From Plasmodiophora brassicae (taxonomy: Eukaryota), in contig CP145410.1 in assembly GCA_036867785.1 (NCBI GenBank), positions 930,001-994,000 on the forward strand: a DNA stretch of 64,000 nt, in the 5' to 3' direction. Shown here piece by piece: positions 1-12,844 of the stretch. The notes beneath the pieces were generated by a model. That model ran no database searches and was not told the DNA's origin. It saw only the letters and a program-made list of their open reading frames with translations. Position 1 is the first letter of the stretch. Each line of letters starts with the position of its first letter. A program made the position numbers and the translations under genes.

Positions 1-365
1 TCGGCCGCATTAGATCGGTTGGCGTCGACGATGAGCACAAGAGGCCCTGACACGATATTCCGACGATTGAATGGTGGATACCCAGCGCTTCGTGATGTCC
101 ACTGAACGCTTCATCTTGGCCCATCGCGCCTTAGCGCGAACGGTGGGTCCCCGGGTGCTCGTGGCGTCCAGCGGATCCATCACCGGTTGGGTGGCAGCTG
201 GATACTGAGCCAACGCAGCAAGATATTATTGAAGATTGGGATCCTGCGTCTGGTAGCACGGTATCCACACGATTACCGCCTGCCGCATTTGCGACAATTC
301 GAACGGACGAGCTTTACTGGTTAGCAAATGGACATCGGCTAAGGTAGCATCCACGTCCGATCGGC

Positions 366-1926
366 CTATTTCAGGTGGAGCAGCATCATGTGCGGCGATT
401 CTAGCAGGCTCTTGACGCGGTTGGAGAAACGGGCAACTATGGCACCGTCCAGGACACGATGGTCGGCGCTCCAGCTCATCGTCATGATGTGCTCACTGGT
501 CAACTACAGATCCTCGACGCGTCAGAATGTCAGCGCGACGTTGCATAGCACTGTGGCCACCCGACCTGGCCATCGGGACCGAATCGAGGGATGCCACGCT
601 GAATACGTCCAACGCCCCCAATCACGACTTGAGGTGAAACAAGCAGAGGCGTCGAATACGTTCCTCCAATCGTCCCAATGTTCGACAGGCAGAACGTACC
701 ACCTTGGAGGTCAGCAGCGCCCAGTGCATTCCGTTGCCCCAGCCCGCTCAGACGTTGTAGCTCGAGAGCGATATCGCTGATCGACCGGGCGTTACACGAC
801 TGAATGACAGGGACGACCAGGCCTCTGGGCGTGTCCATCGCGATCGATATGTTGTGCTGGGCCTTGACGTGCAATTCAGAGCAGTCGGGGGACACCAGCG
901 CGTTCAGCGTTGGGTATTCCAGCAGGGCCAATGAGACAGCCTTCAGGATGAACGGGAAGTAGGACAATGACGGCAGGCCAGCCACGGCCGTCTTCAGTTC
1001 CGTTCGAACCGCATGTAGCTTGCTGGCGACGATCTCTTCGTGCAGCGTCAACGTCGGGATCTGGTTCGAGGCCGTCATGGATTTCACCATGATCCTCGCC
1101 AGACCGGTGATCGGGACAGTGCGATCTGATCCCGTAGGTGGCGGCATTGGAGACATCCCAGTCGATGGGGCAGGCGCTCCCGCCTCTCCACCTGCTTGTC
1201 CTGACTCAATCACGCGCAGCACGTCTTCCTTCAGAATGCGACCACCTGGCCCCTGTACAGACCCCAATGCACTCAGCGCATTGCTCGACGATACAAGCTA
1301 AGACGGCGCACCGTTCCAGTAACAGTCGATAGATCAATGTTGTACTCTCTGGAGATGCGACGCACAGCAGGCGTTGTAAGAACCTTTCCAGTTGTGACGT
1401 TATTCGTCCCTGCTGGCGGTTCAGGCGTAGATGTCGATGAAGTGGAACGCTCCGGCGCTTGTGGCTTTTGGGTGGTGGTGGTGGTGGCTGTCGACTCGCT
1501 TCCGTCATCGTCTACATCGATGGTAACGAGCGACGACCCAACGGCCGCCATGGCACCTTTCTCGACGTTCACCGATGCAATTACGCCATCGAACCTGCGC
1601 GTACGTAGGGTCACTTACTTGCAGTCGGGGCGAACTTGCGACAGACCTCGATGTAATCTCCACCGTGGCCTTATCGCTCTGGACTTCGCAGATCTTATCG
1701 AACTGCTGAATACGGTCCCCTGGCTTCACGAACCTGGCCGCACGTGTAAACATCGGTGTACGGCACCGTCGAATAGTGAACCGAGAGCGGCGAACCATTG
1801 GAGAACCTCGACCTCGGCGATGCCCTCGCCGATGTCGGCCAGCAGGAACTCCTGTTGCCGCGCCAACCATGGCGACCCTCGGAACGCACGTGTCGTCTGC
1901 CAGACCCGCACAGCCCGTCGGAACAT
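366..1926 (-). CDS. DBT: Dihydrolipoamide branched-chain acyltransferase (BCKDH E2), multi-exon, mitochondrial
   Basis: Spliced ORFs give the presequence [18 protein letters not shown], the lipoyl domain ([14 protein letters not shown]...[11 protein letters not shown]), the E3-binding domain ([11 protein letters not shown]...[10 protein letters not shown]) and a catalytic domain ending [12 protein letters not shown]...LLHLK*. Confidence 0.93.
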
Positions 1927-2143
1927 GGTCGAACACACGCTGCGGGTCTCTATTAGGCGGCACCGCTCATGTGATGAGACCACGGCGTGGGCGGCGCCTC
2001 GTGCGAATACGTAACGGTCGGTGTTCGCTGCCGGACGTTGCTGGGTGGGGGCCTCCGCGGACAGGGTCACGCGCACTCGTCGCGCAGTCCCGGACTGCAC
2101 CCGCCCGCCGGTCATTCATCGAGTTGGCAGTTCAGCGATCGTC

Positions 2144-2419
2144 ATGCGCCTGTGCCAAGCTGTCGGGCGCCTGCTGACGACAGGTGCGGCGGTGCGGTCG
2201 CAAACAGCGTCGACGGCGCCCACGACCGAAGAGCTTATTAAGCAACTCGTCGACGTGACGCAGACGCGGTTCCGGTATGAAGTGGCACGGGATCAGGCGA
2301 TCATGTCGGGGCTGCTGGTCTACGTGGTCGGCATGACGTCGGTGTCGGGATATATCCTGTGGAAGAGCCCGTTTGGGCAACAATTGCGCCGCTCCCAGGA
2401 ACAGCCTGGTGTCGCGTGA
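2144..2419 (+). CDS. Small single-TM protein with a mitochondrial-presequence-like N-terminus
   Basis: MRLCQAVGRLLTTGAAVRSQ is an Arg-rich, acid-free N-terminus, followed by one hydrophobic stretch (IMSGLLVYVVGMTSVSGYILW). Divergent from DBT. Confidence 0.55.
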   Translation: MRLCQAVGRLLTTGAAVRSQTASTAPTTEELIKQLVDVTQTRFRYEVARDQAIMSGLLVYVVGMTSVSGYILWKSPFGQQLRRSQEQPGVA

Positions 2420-2698
2420 CGTCCTGTTTCACTAAAGATTTGGCCATTTACCTGGTATTTGTTTGTGAACGCACGCGCAAGCTAAATAGCAATAGAGGAA
2501 CAGACTGGCCTACGAACGGCCTGCACAAGTCCAGAAATAGGGCGAGCTGGTGTGCTGGACGACAGGCGCGGCCTCTACCCTCAAATATAGAATTGTCGAA
2601 TTTGGCCGGCGGCAAGTAGCGGCACGTGGGCCGGCGACGCGAACCGGGCTAGACAGCAAACAACACACCAAGGTCGGGCTGGAGCGCTCGCCAGACTG

Positions 2699-3719
2699 AT
2701 GGAATGGTCGTTTTTCAGTGCGGATTTCGACCCGGATCTGTATGGGCTGGCGGACGGCGGGCGACCTCGGTCTGACCGGTGTAATTGGTTCCACGGATTG
2801 CTGCCTCCCGTGTATACGTCCAGCGATGAAGACGATGTCGGCGAATACGATGAGCATGGGCGTAGTCGTCGACGGTCTCCATTGCGTCATCGCTGCAGTA
2901 GGCCCTCCATGCGACGTCGGGTGTACATCGACTCCAGTGATGACGATGACTGCGTGGCTAGCAGCGACGATGCTGGTGAGTGGTGCGACCCGACACAGTC
3001 GGAGCGCGAGCAGCGGTTCCAATCCAGAATACGAGACGTCCGTCGGCATGCCTTCTGGGAGCGCAGACGGGAGGCCTGGTGCCGAGCCGCCCATGCGGGT
3101 GTTTGCCTGCGCACCCGTGTCCGGAGATTCGACGACCTCGCTAATCGACTACTCGATGACAATGCTCGCTTGGCAATAGATCGCGTCCTGCAGGAACAGA
3201 GAAGAAGGCAGACTGAGGGCGACTTTGCTGTCGAACTGCCTTATGAGTTCAGGAAGGTCGGCAGTGATGCTCGAGGTTTTGGCCAGCGAGTTTGATCTGA
3301 TGGCGGTTTGTTCAGGAAGCGTCCAGGGCACAACGGGCTGCAATGGCACGCGTTCAGTACGACAATAACCTATTGTTACACGTTCGTGTCGTAGCGCCGA
3401 ATGATCAGGATGACCTCGTTCAGCGTAGCCTGCTGCGAGATGTCAGTGCTGAGGTATTGGTGCTCTACTACTACGAGTACACATTGCTACCGTATCTGAC
3501 GCCCCGACCCAGATGTCAGCGTACGCGCGTCTGTTACGATTGCGCGGGTACTCGCAGACCAAGATCGACCATGCGTTGGAAACAATGTACGACGACGACG
3601 ATGAGAGACTCGTTGACGAAGATTCACTGCAGCAGCTCAAGATCGAGGAGATCCTGGCTGGCAGGCGCCGGTGTTATTCGTCGGCATCGTCATCCGATTC
3701 ATCAATGGGGTCCTTTTAA
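2699..3719 (+). CDS. Hypothetical protein, multi-exon, with acidic/Arg-rich low-complexity regions
   Basis: ORFs 2699-3295, 3343-3759 and 3513-3719 have protein-like segments joined by plausible GT..AG introns. No family recognised. Confidence 0.45.
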
Positions 3720-3832
3720 ACGAGTAATATACGAGACATGTCTATACGCTGAAATATAGTGGCCGGCGAGAATGGCCTCGCGATATATGGATATCTTCAC
3801 GAGAAGAACATGGTGCTGTGGTGAATGCCGCC

Positions 3833-5703
3833 TCAGTCCAGGACGGCGTCAAACTCCTCTTCGGTGGGCTTCGATATCTTGACACTCTGGCCTGGCCCGA
3901 TTTGGAACTGGGCCTCGGTGTTGCCGTGTTGCAGCGCTGTTGTAGACGACAGCCCGCCTGTGATTGTCTTGCTGATCGTGTCAACGTACTCGGCACCCGA
4001 CCATTTCTGGTGTGTCAGCGTTTCAACCTTGTGCGTACGCTCCTTCCTCTGAATGCCCTGCACGTAGGCCAGCATCTTGCGCTGAGCGTAGTCACGAGCG
4101 AACAAGTCGATCGACAGCGCATCGCAGTGGAAGCCGGCAAGAGTAATGAAGTGCCAGACATAGCCCTCGCGTGCAATCTCGTCCTGGAACGACGCAATCT
4201 GCTGCTCATTGAGGCCGGCGGCATCCCAGTTGAAGCTGGGCGACAAGTTGTACGCGAACAACTGGTGCGGGTGGGCCTTGCGAACACCACGAGCAAAGTC
4301 GCGCGCAAGCTTCACGCCGGGCTTGGCGGTCTCCATCCAGATCAAGTCGGCGTAAGGAGCGAATGCGCGGCCACGAGCAATGCAGTACGCGAGGCCACCG
4401 CGGACGCGCCAGTAACCTTCCCGAGTCCGAGGAGCCTCACTGCACCAGAACGGGTCAACGCCCAGCTTCTTGGCAAGGACCTGCGCGTCCGCATGCGACA
4501 GATTGGGGTACTTGGCGTCCCATTCGGCGATGGCCTCCTTGCCCTTGTTGGCCTTCACCAGCGCCTCTTTGACAGCTTCTCCGTACGTCTTCATGTTTGC
4601 TTTCTTGTCCCATGACATCATGATATCGACCTGATCAGAGCGTCAGGTGGACCGGTCCTGGACAATTAATCACGCAGGCACTATGGACCAACCTGAGCTT
4701 GTGGCGACAGGTTCTGGTCCGCAGCCTCCTTAAGCAGGATATTCAGGCCCTTCAGTTTCGGGTTAGTAGATCCTAGGATGAACGGATGGTCGCGAGGGTC
4801 AACGTTGTTGTCGAGGAGCGTGGCCGCCTCGGCATCGGTTCGGGCAACAATAAGCGTTTCGACTCCAAGGATGTCGGCCTGGAGACGAGCGGCAACCAGA
4901 CGGTCGATGTGCTCCTGGACAGACACGAGAACCTTGCCAGCCATGTGCCCGCACTTCTTGGTACCCGGCTTCTGATCCTCCAAGTGGATCCCTGCTGCTC
5001 CGGCCTCAATGAAGAGCTTGGTTAACTTCATGACGGCAGTGAGGCCTCCGTGACCCGTGTCTCCATCAGCGATGATCGGGCGCAGGAAGTCGACCGCTGG
5101 GGTCTTTGCACGCTCCTCACGCGTCATCCACGAACGCTCCTCGGCCTGGCGCCGGGAATGGAAATCCTGCGCCCGGAACAGTTGATCGACTTTGTTCGCC
5201 ACAGTTGTGTACGGGTAGTCGGCAATGTCGGGTCCGGGCTCATTGGTTGTCGATGCCGTCGACGAGCACTGCCACCCGGAGACGTAGATTGTCGTCAGAT
5301 ACTTGCTCATTTGGACGACCTGAACGGGGTCCAGCGCCCCAAACGTGTGCGAGTAGCCTCCCGACGCTGCCAGCGACTACGAACAGGGTTACCTTCCAGG
5401 CAACGTGAAACCGTGCACGCATACCTGAAAGAGCGCCCACGCTTTCTTGGCCTGAACGTTAGCAGCGTACGTTGGAGTGACTGGCGAGCGCAAACGAATG
5501 ACATCCTCCGGGTTGTAGGGGCGGACGGTGTGCTTCCAACGAGGCGACGACCACCACTTCACCAGTTCAGCGGCGCCCGTCTGGAACGCATACTCCTCCG
5601 CGGACAGCTTGTGCTGGGCGATGTCGCCCTTGGGCTTGGAGTCGGCGGCAGCGGCGGTGCCATTCGCCGCGATGTGCCCGAGGATATGTCCAACGCGATC
5701 CAT
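3833..5703 (-). CDS. ICL1: Isocitrate lyase (glyoxylate cycle), 3 exons
   Basis: Signature [12 protein letters not shown], plus [40 protein letters not shown] and THQKWSGA. Eukaryotic long-type insertion present. Confidence 0.97.
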
Positions 5704-6052
5704 AGCGCCTCGTCGGTGTCAGACGCGCTCAAAAAACAAGATAGTGCTTCGTTGCGACCAACCGACACAGTGTCAGTGCCACGCCCGCGTAACGCCACGT
5801 GCCCGGCCTTGACAGGGTGGCGACGCGACAGGTGACGTATCCCGGCAGGTGTGCGAATCCACACTTGTGGCCGGCGGGTACGCCCTCCATCCTCACAGTC
5901 ACATTGTTGCGACAGCCAGAATGAATGGCGAGGCAGAACATACGTCGCGTCGACTATTTGACAATGGCCTGTTCGTTCATTTCTGTACCAGTGACGACTA
6001 TCGCATGTTGCACTGAAGATGCAGATTAGGTTATGGCGCTGCAAGTCCGTCC

Positions 6053-6601
6053 CTATGGCTGTCTTCGTAACGCGTCGGGAAATTCGCTCTCGTACGTCTT
6101 AGCGGGGACGTGCTGTCGACTGTCGTTGGCGGCAACAATGCCGAATCCAGGATCGAACCGTCGCGTATAACGGCCTACGTCGCGGTCGTAGTCGGCCATG
6201 TCGTCGATCACAGGAGGCCGAGGTCCAGGGGAGCTAAGCGGCATTGTAGAGCGGGCAGGCTGCTGATGTCCATTGGATGTCGCTCTCGACGACCTGAATA
6301 TATCGGCTCTCGCCTTGTCGTACTGCTCCTGCTTCGCCGCGGCATCCAATCGAGAGAGAATCGGCCCATGTGTAGCATTTTCGGGCGACTGGGATGGAGG
6401 CGTGTCTGTCGGCCGGCGAAGGAGCTGGACCGCAGGCGGTTGCCGGACTGGAGGCGGACAAGCCTGAGCGTCCTGGCGGACAACGCGTGCTGGGGGTGGC
6501 GGAGGCGCTGCCGGTCCTCGTCTCTGCACGGGGACCTGGACCTGCTCCTCCCCATCGTCAGCGTCATCCTCCCAGGAGTCGGGGATGGGTCGGGTCGCCA
6601 T
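6053..6601 (-). CDS. SUZ-domain RNA-binding protein (SZRD1-like)
   Basis: N-terminal IPDSWEDD, then VQLLRR...KQEQYDKARADIF, which matches the SUZ motif. Confidence 0.65.
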   Translation of the reverse strand: MATRPIPDSWEDDADDGEEQVQVPVQRRGPAAPPPPPARVVRQDAQACPPPVRQPPAVQLLRRPTDTPPSQSPENATHGPILSRLDAAAKQEQYDKARADIFRSSRATSNGHQQPARSTMPLSSPGPRPPVIDDMADYDRDVGRYTRRFDPGFGIVAANDSRQHVPAKTYESEFPDALRRQP

Positions 6602-6805
6602 GCAGAATGACGGCTTCTCGCAGATTGGGCCGCCGCCCGCCGGTCCCCCGACAAAAATAACCTGCGGCGGGAATCGGAATCTTCTGCAAGCGAGACAAGC
6701 GGGTTGGCCAGAGAGGACCGTACAGCGCTTCGTACAACGATGTGCATTACCGTAGCATAAATAGGTACTGTATATAATTTCTGGATCCACAATGAGTCGA
6801 ACGAT

Positions 6806-7932
6806 CTACGTGGGCTGAACAGAAGGTTCTGCATCGGATTGCATTTCACGAGCGTCATCGATCAGCGAGCGCCGTGGCGGGTCCGCAACGATGCGCTCGA
6901 TGTTCGCGTCAGCGATCTGCTCCAGAGCGGGCTGCGTGATGACCCGATTGTTCTTCAGGATAATTCGTGCGAGGGTTGCGTTCTCTTTGCAGGTCTCGAT
7001 GGCAGCAAGGGCACCTTGGTCGCCAATTTGTGCGAACGACACAGCTAGATGTCGCAGAACGTTGTTGCCAGTGCAGCATGCCTGACCCGTTGCTGGGATC
7101 TTCCCTCGAGGCAGGAATTTCTTTGCGTTCTTGACTTCGGCAGGTTCCAGAGGAAAGGGCCGCATTGCCGCAAGGATGGCGACGAGGCCTGCATCGCCAA
7201 CAGGGTTGTGCGACAAGCTAACGGATTGCAACGTGCGATCGCCCCTCAGTAGAAGCCCAACCTGTGTCGCTGTGTCCGGCCCAAGCAGGTTCGTGCTGAG
7301 ATTTAACGCCGCAAGCTGTCCACCCTCGCCAACTGCGTCAAGAATAGGATGGGCGGCGGCATCGGTCAGCTGATTGCCTCGGAGCGTCAGGATCTTCAAA
7401 GGCGATTTGGGCCCGACCAACGATGCGAAAGCAGCGCCCGCGTCGCCCTCGGACTTCAACGGGTTCCAGTCAATATGGAGCCTTGTGATCGCGCATGACG
7501 GTCGGCATATCGTCGCTGACAGCAACCGAAGTACTTCGCACGATAAACCTAGCAACGCATGCAGATAAATGGGCACGCATACGTATTATGTCACAAGCGA
7601 GTCGTCATACCGGCATTCCAAAAGTGCACGGTCGTCAGCGTGGTATTGGCGGGAAGGCAAAGAGAAAGCGCACGTGCGGTTCCAAGATCCAGTGCAAATC
7701 CAAACACTTCAAGAATATTCGCATGGACGGCCAGTCGCGGGTGTGGAGCGACTCCAAGCTGCCGGCAAGCGGCTGGATAGTCTGCCAGGAAGTCGCCCGA
7801 AGACGTATCGGGGTTCGGCGGTTGATCGACGTCGATAGGGGTCGACCCGCTCGGATTCAGCGTTAGAAGTCGGGCACGTTCAATGTCCGTGTTGACCGCA
7901 GCCGACCACGTCGGCGCCGCCGCTGCCATCAT
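6806..7932 (-). CDS. RNI-like leucine-rich repeat protein (LRRC71-like)
   Basis: LxxLxLxxNxL repeats (LKILTLRGNQLTD, LAALNLSTNLLG, LQSVSLSHNPVGD). Two ORFs joined by a short intron near 7560-7600. Confidence 0.75.
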
Positions 7933-8429
7933 TAATCACGATCGACCCCTTTGGATTGGACTGTACTCGTACAGTGGTAGGTCGACCGAGACCGTCGGCA
8001 GAGCCGAGTCGGCAACACGTGCGACGTGCTTTGCGCCAACAAAGGAGATCTATTTGAGGACCGCCCATCCTTGGCATTGACCCGCACGGCGGGCGGTGGC
8101 CCCATTGGCTGACTACAGCGGTTGAGAGGCGACGTGCGCTGGCGACGTCGTTGGCCGGTGAGCCGCGACATAAATAGCGAGCCGCCCAGTGGGCGGACAC
8201 TGCGGAACGCGCGCTGCGGCGGGGAGCTCTATTCCCGTAGGGCGATGGCCGATGGGCGATGGCCGATGGATGACGACGCCTTCGGGTATTGTACTACCGG
8301 TAGTACTATGGGAGGCTAACTTATGCGGATAGCATTTGTTCGTTCTGAGTCCTCTACCGTAATAGGACTTCTAGGAAAAAGATTGGTGAGTACAAAGTGA
8401 CGATGTCGATCTTTACAGCACCATAATGA

Positions 8430-9710
8430 TCATTTCTTCGGTTGCTGGGAACCCTTGTTTGCATTGTTCTTGTCTTTAGGTTGTTGTTGCTGCTGGTTCT
8501 GCTGGCCACTGGGCGAATTCATGCTGTTCAAGATATCGTCAACATTCAGGTTAGCTTGATCAGCTTCAGGCAAGGTCCCGATAAGGCTTTGAAGGAATTG
8601 AGGATCTGAAAGGGCTTGCTGAACTGCGGCACCATCATCGGTCCCAGACTTGTTCGCATCGGTCATTTCAGCATCGCCTGCTGCCATCGACATCGCAATC
8701 GCTTGAGCAATCATCGCTTCTTCATCGTCTTCAACGGCCATAGCGTCAGCAGCAGCAGGAGCCCCAGACGCTCCTTCAGGAGCAGCAGCAGCAGACTGAG
8801 CGGCAACGCGCTGGCGCTCTTCTTCGAGAGACATCCGAATTGCCATGGCGAGTTCAGGATCCATTCCGGCCTCATCGAATGCCCCGGGTGGAAGACCGGC
8901 CCCAGGGCCTTCCGTCACAATAGCCGAGACGATCATGTCAGACAGATTGTGAGGGCCAGGTGGAACATTGACCAGGTGAGACGTATCCGACGAGTTGACC
9001 GATGCAAGAAACGCGTCAAGAATTTCACGATTGTCGTTCTCGTTGTTCTCCGAGCCAAAGTTAACAACATCAACGGACACGTTGTTCTTCTTCAACTGCT
9101 TGCCCAACTTAACCAAGTCCTTCGATGATGCGCCAATCTGTTAGAGATGTCAGAATCGATGGACTATAACAGAAATGCAGACGGTGTATGAACTAGGGTA
9201 ATCGTGAACGAAATACGAAAACCAGTTAGCATGTTCACCTACAGGACTCCCGACAAACATAACGATGCGCTGCCGCTGGTTCTTGTTTGGCCTGTTTTTC
9301 AGGCAAAGCTGAGCGGTCTTCAGGCCGGCAACAAAGTTCGATTGGCCACCAATTTTGATTGATTTAACGCACGACATTATCAGGCCAAGGTCTCGGCACG
9401 GAGTCGCAAGGACGTCAATGCTACAATCAGGCGATTAGTGGATCGGTACCCCTTCCACCAGTGAATAAAATACCGTTTTCCAGCCATGGTGAGCACTCCA
9501 ACTGCGTTTTCCTCGTTCGCCTGTGTCTTGACGCCGCCCAGATAATTGACAGCCTCCGCTTGGGCAGACATTCTCGTCGGTGGATAGTCCCCATTGCGCA
9601 TCCACGCTGAATTATCGATACTACACGCCATGCACGCTTGTCAGTATCGCAAGGAGTCGTGCTGCCGATAGATGCGACCCGCACCAGATGACGACGGCTT
9701 CGAGCACCAT
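8430..9710 (-). CDS. RPN10: 26S proteasome ubiquitin receptor RPN10/PSMD4
   Basis: MVLEAVVI..IDNSAWMRNGDYPPTR VWA domain, QRQRIVMFVGSP, and two UIMs (DPELAMAIRMSLEE; EEAMIAQAIAMSM). Confidence 0.96.
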
Positions 9711-9896
9711 CTTCGTCCAACCGAAGGTCGCGGACTTTTGAATACAAAATTTATGTGGCCAGTGGAAAATTCAGCTTCCCGTCAGATTCTCGCCACTCAA
9801 CTGACACGGGTTGCTGCACCACATGTATATGTGCATAAAACATCTACTCCAACGAACGCGGATCACGAGACGCATTGCAAATCGTATTCAAACGGT

Positions 9897-10496
9897 TCAT
9901 TGCGTTTTCTTACGCTGCTCGCCCAACATGGAGTCGTAGTCCGCCAGCTGACTACGAAGCGATTTGTTCAGTTCGGTGAGCCGCTTGACCTCCAGTTCGT
10001 TGTCAGCCTTCAACCGTTCCAGGTCATCGATCCGATCTTGCGCGTCCCGTAGCTGCGCTTGACACGCTTGAAGTTGCTGCGCGGCTGGACGCTGAGCGGC
10101 GCTGTCCCGACGCGATGATCGAAGCTGGGATGCCAGGGTCGATTTTTCGTTCAATAACGCAGCATATGCAGCCTTCGACTGACGAAGAGATCGGTTCAGC
10201 GCTTGCTCTGCTCGACGTCGATTGTCGGCTTCATGTGCCACAGCTAGCGAAAAATATGTAGCAGTCAACGCGAGAACGATATCCAGCAGGTACGACAGAG
10301 ATCCCAGGTTTCGAAGTATATGAAGCAGAACGACTATCAGCAAGATGGTGATGACTGCTTGGGACACCAGGCGAGCCGAATGCCTCCCGACTGCGTACAT
10401 AGCATGAGCGAATGCCCCAATCGACCATAACGAGAGGCTCTCGTACATGCAGTTACCGATGCTGCCCATACCGTCTGCCCCAGCCGTCGGGTCCAT
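9897..10496 (-). CDS. Hypothetical protein with two TM helices and a C-terminal coiled coil
   Basis: Hydrophobic segments VITILLIVVLLHIL and LLDIVLALTATYFSLAV, followed by a heptad-rich Q/E/L/R tail. Confidence 0.6.
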   Translation of the reverse strand: MDPTAGADGMGSIGNCMYESLSLWSIGAFAHAMYAVGRHSARLVSQAVITILLIVVLLHILRNLGSLSYLLDIVLALTATYFSLAVAHEADNRRRAEQALNRSLRQSKAAYAALLNEKSTLASQLRSSRRDSAAQRPAAQQLQACQAQLRDAQDRIDDLERLKADNELEVKRLTELNKSLRSQLADYDSMLGEQRKKTQ

Positions 10497-11356
10497 GGGT
10501 GGACGACGGCGACGACGACGACTAACAGGACCTTGGCCACGTCCATCGTCGAGGCCTGATTGCGTAGCTGCAGTGCTCCGCTGCAACTACTCCGGGACAC
10601 GCTTGCCGTCTATCCTGAAATTGCGGTAAGTGCCACTTCCGAGTGTTCGACACCAGCTGATACAGGCACAGGCGACCGATGGCTGCATAGTGTTTCGATT
10701 ATTCAATAATCGGAGCCAACTACAGTTTGCTGTCGCTGACCGCAGAAGTCCGTTGCTCCTCCCGATGGGTACACGTTTGCCCTTCCAGCCCGATCGCTAT
10801 GCGACGCCCGTTACCCTTACCAATCGATGCGCCGCTGCATTCGTCATCGTATGCTGCGGTCGTTGTACTCCGCCCTGGCGCTACTCGACGCGTAGTTCTC
10901 CACGGCCGGACACCGATCTCGTCAATTGGTTCGCGATCCTCGTCTCGACATCCTATAATCCCGGCAAGAATTTCTCCAGATGCCTCGAGGTCTGCGTTTC
11001 GAGCAAATATCGATCTGTGAAATCGTCGAAATCCCGACCGATTGAAAATGCTGCCGGAACGTTTGGGGGACTGTAAATTGCAGCTGCTATAAATATACCT
11101 GCTTGCTGAGAAGAAGCATCCCTCCGCTCTGCGCGGACATGGCACGTGAGAGTCGGGGCGGCTGCGCCAGTCCCGTCTATAACTGGCAGTTCTGGAAGCG
11201 AGTCTATAAACCGTCTCCTGGCACTGGAGACCGGTCTCTAGCCTAGGTTGGTCCCGTTGACTGGCGAGCGAACGAGTCGTTGGCGCCAGGCGGGACGGCC
11301 TATTTGGACCCGTACGCAACCGTCCCTAGGGCATCTGCGCCCTAGGCTATCGCACG

Positions 11357-12594
11357 ATGTCGTTTCTGTTCAAGCCCAAACGCAGGCGCAACAATTCCGG
11401 GACGAGCGAGGACGCCGACCTAAACTTGTCGCCCGAGGTTAGGCTGGCCCGCTCGGTCGGAAACTTTTCGCTGATGGGTCTAGCAGACCACGAAAATTCG
11501 GGAATACCTCGCCAGCCGGGAGAACCTGTCGTTAAGCACATTCACGATTGGGGCAACGCTCGGCACTGGGACGTTTGGCCGGGTGCGCCTCGCGACCATT
11601 GCCATCGATGGCAAGCCAAAGTATGGTAATCGTCTGTCTTGCAGTGCCAGCGTGTTGACTCAGCCAGCCCCAGGTATATGGCGTTGAAGATGCTGAAGAA
11701 GACGGAGATCATCCGGTTAAAGCAGGTCGAACACATTAAGGATGAGAAGAGGATTCTGAGCGCAATATGCCATCCATTTATCGTTAACTTTTTCGGGTCG
11801 TTCCAAGACGAAGTCAGTGAGACGTCGGATCCGGTGTAAGGAAGTTTTCGCTGAATATCTTTGCTCTGTAGAAAAGGCTGTACATGATCATGGAATATGT
11901 CATCGGCGGCGAGCTGTTCTCGCAGCTACGGCGTGCTCGGCGCTTTACGAACGATGCATCTCGGTTCTATGCTGTCGAAATCGTTCTCGCATTAGAGTTC
12001 TGCCACGAGCGCAACATCGTCTACCGAGATCTGAAGCCTGAGAACATTCTTATTGACAAGGAGGGTCACGTCAAAATTACCGATTTCGGGTTCGCGAAGT
12101 TCGTTGAAGATCGGACGTGGACCCTGTGTGGCACGCCCGAGTACCTAGCCCCAGAGATTATCCAGAGCAAAGGTCATGGTAAAGCCGTCGACTGGTGGGC
12201 GCTTGGCGTGCTCATCTTTGAGATGTGCGCCGGGTATCCACCGTTCTACGACGAGAACCCGTTCGGCATCTACCAGAAGATCCTGGATGGAACCATTGAC
12301 TTCCCGAAGCATTTCGACCCCAACGCGAAAGACCTCGTCAGGCGGCTGCTGACTGCTGATCGCACGAAGAGATACGGTTGCCTGAAGAATGGTGTCGACG
12401 ATATCAAGGAGCATCGGTGGTTCAAAGGCATCGACTGGGATGCGGCTCTGCAGCGTAAGCTAACCCCTCCATTCATTCCAACGGCCATGTCAGAGAACGA
12501 TACGACGAACTTCGACAAGTATCCCGACTCCGTCGAAAGAGGGCACCCCCCAGAGATCTCCGCCGCAGACGCCGCCCTGTTCGAGGCGTTCTGA
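11357..12594 (+). CDS. PKA-C: cAMP-dependent protein kinase catalytic subunit, 3 exons
   Basis: [54 protein letters not shown] and a C-terminal FxxF (FEAF*). Confidence 0.96.
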
Positions 12595-12844
12595 TCAGCC
12601 TTGACATCGACTACTATATGTAAACAATGCTAGCGCGACATGAGACACCAGACGTTTGAATATGTATCACGATGCTGTCCTTGGATAGGTCCTTTTCTAG
12701 AGCGTATTCGAAGGCGCTCCTGCAATTATCGCTGTTCTCCTTCGTTTCGGTGGCCTGGCTGAGTCAACCAACGGCGGTTCCTCGTCGCATTGACTGGTGT
12801 CGACCTTCCCATTAGGTCCGCGACCTGCATTAACGTGTCAGGAC

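Noticed and set aside
1-360. Short ORFs at the window start
   Set aside because: Possibly the 3' end of a truncated gene, but no strand or product can be supported.
485-530. Apparent in-frame TGA near the DBT C-terminus, suggesting readthrough or selenocysteine
   Set aside because: Resolved by an intron ending tctgtag, which gives [16 protein letters not shown] in the standard code.
3818-4615. Long antisense ORFs over real genes (also 5050-5835, 18199-18870, 28733-29773 and others)
   Set aside because: Shadow ORFs caused by high GC3 codon usage on the opposite strand; no motifs.
10630-11340. ORFs upstream of PKA-C
   Set aside because: Non-ATG starts, no recognisable domain, and no clear match to neighbouring genes; treated as intergenic/UTR.
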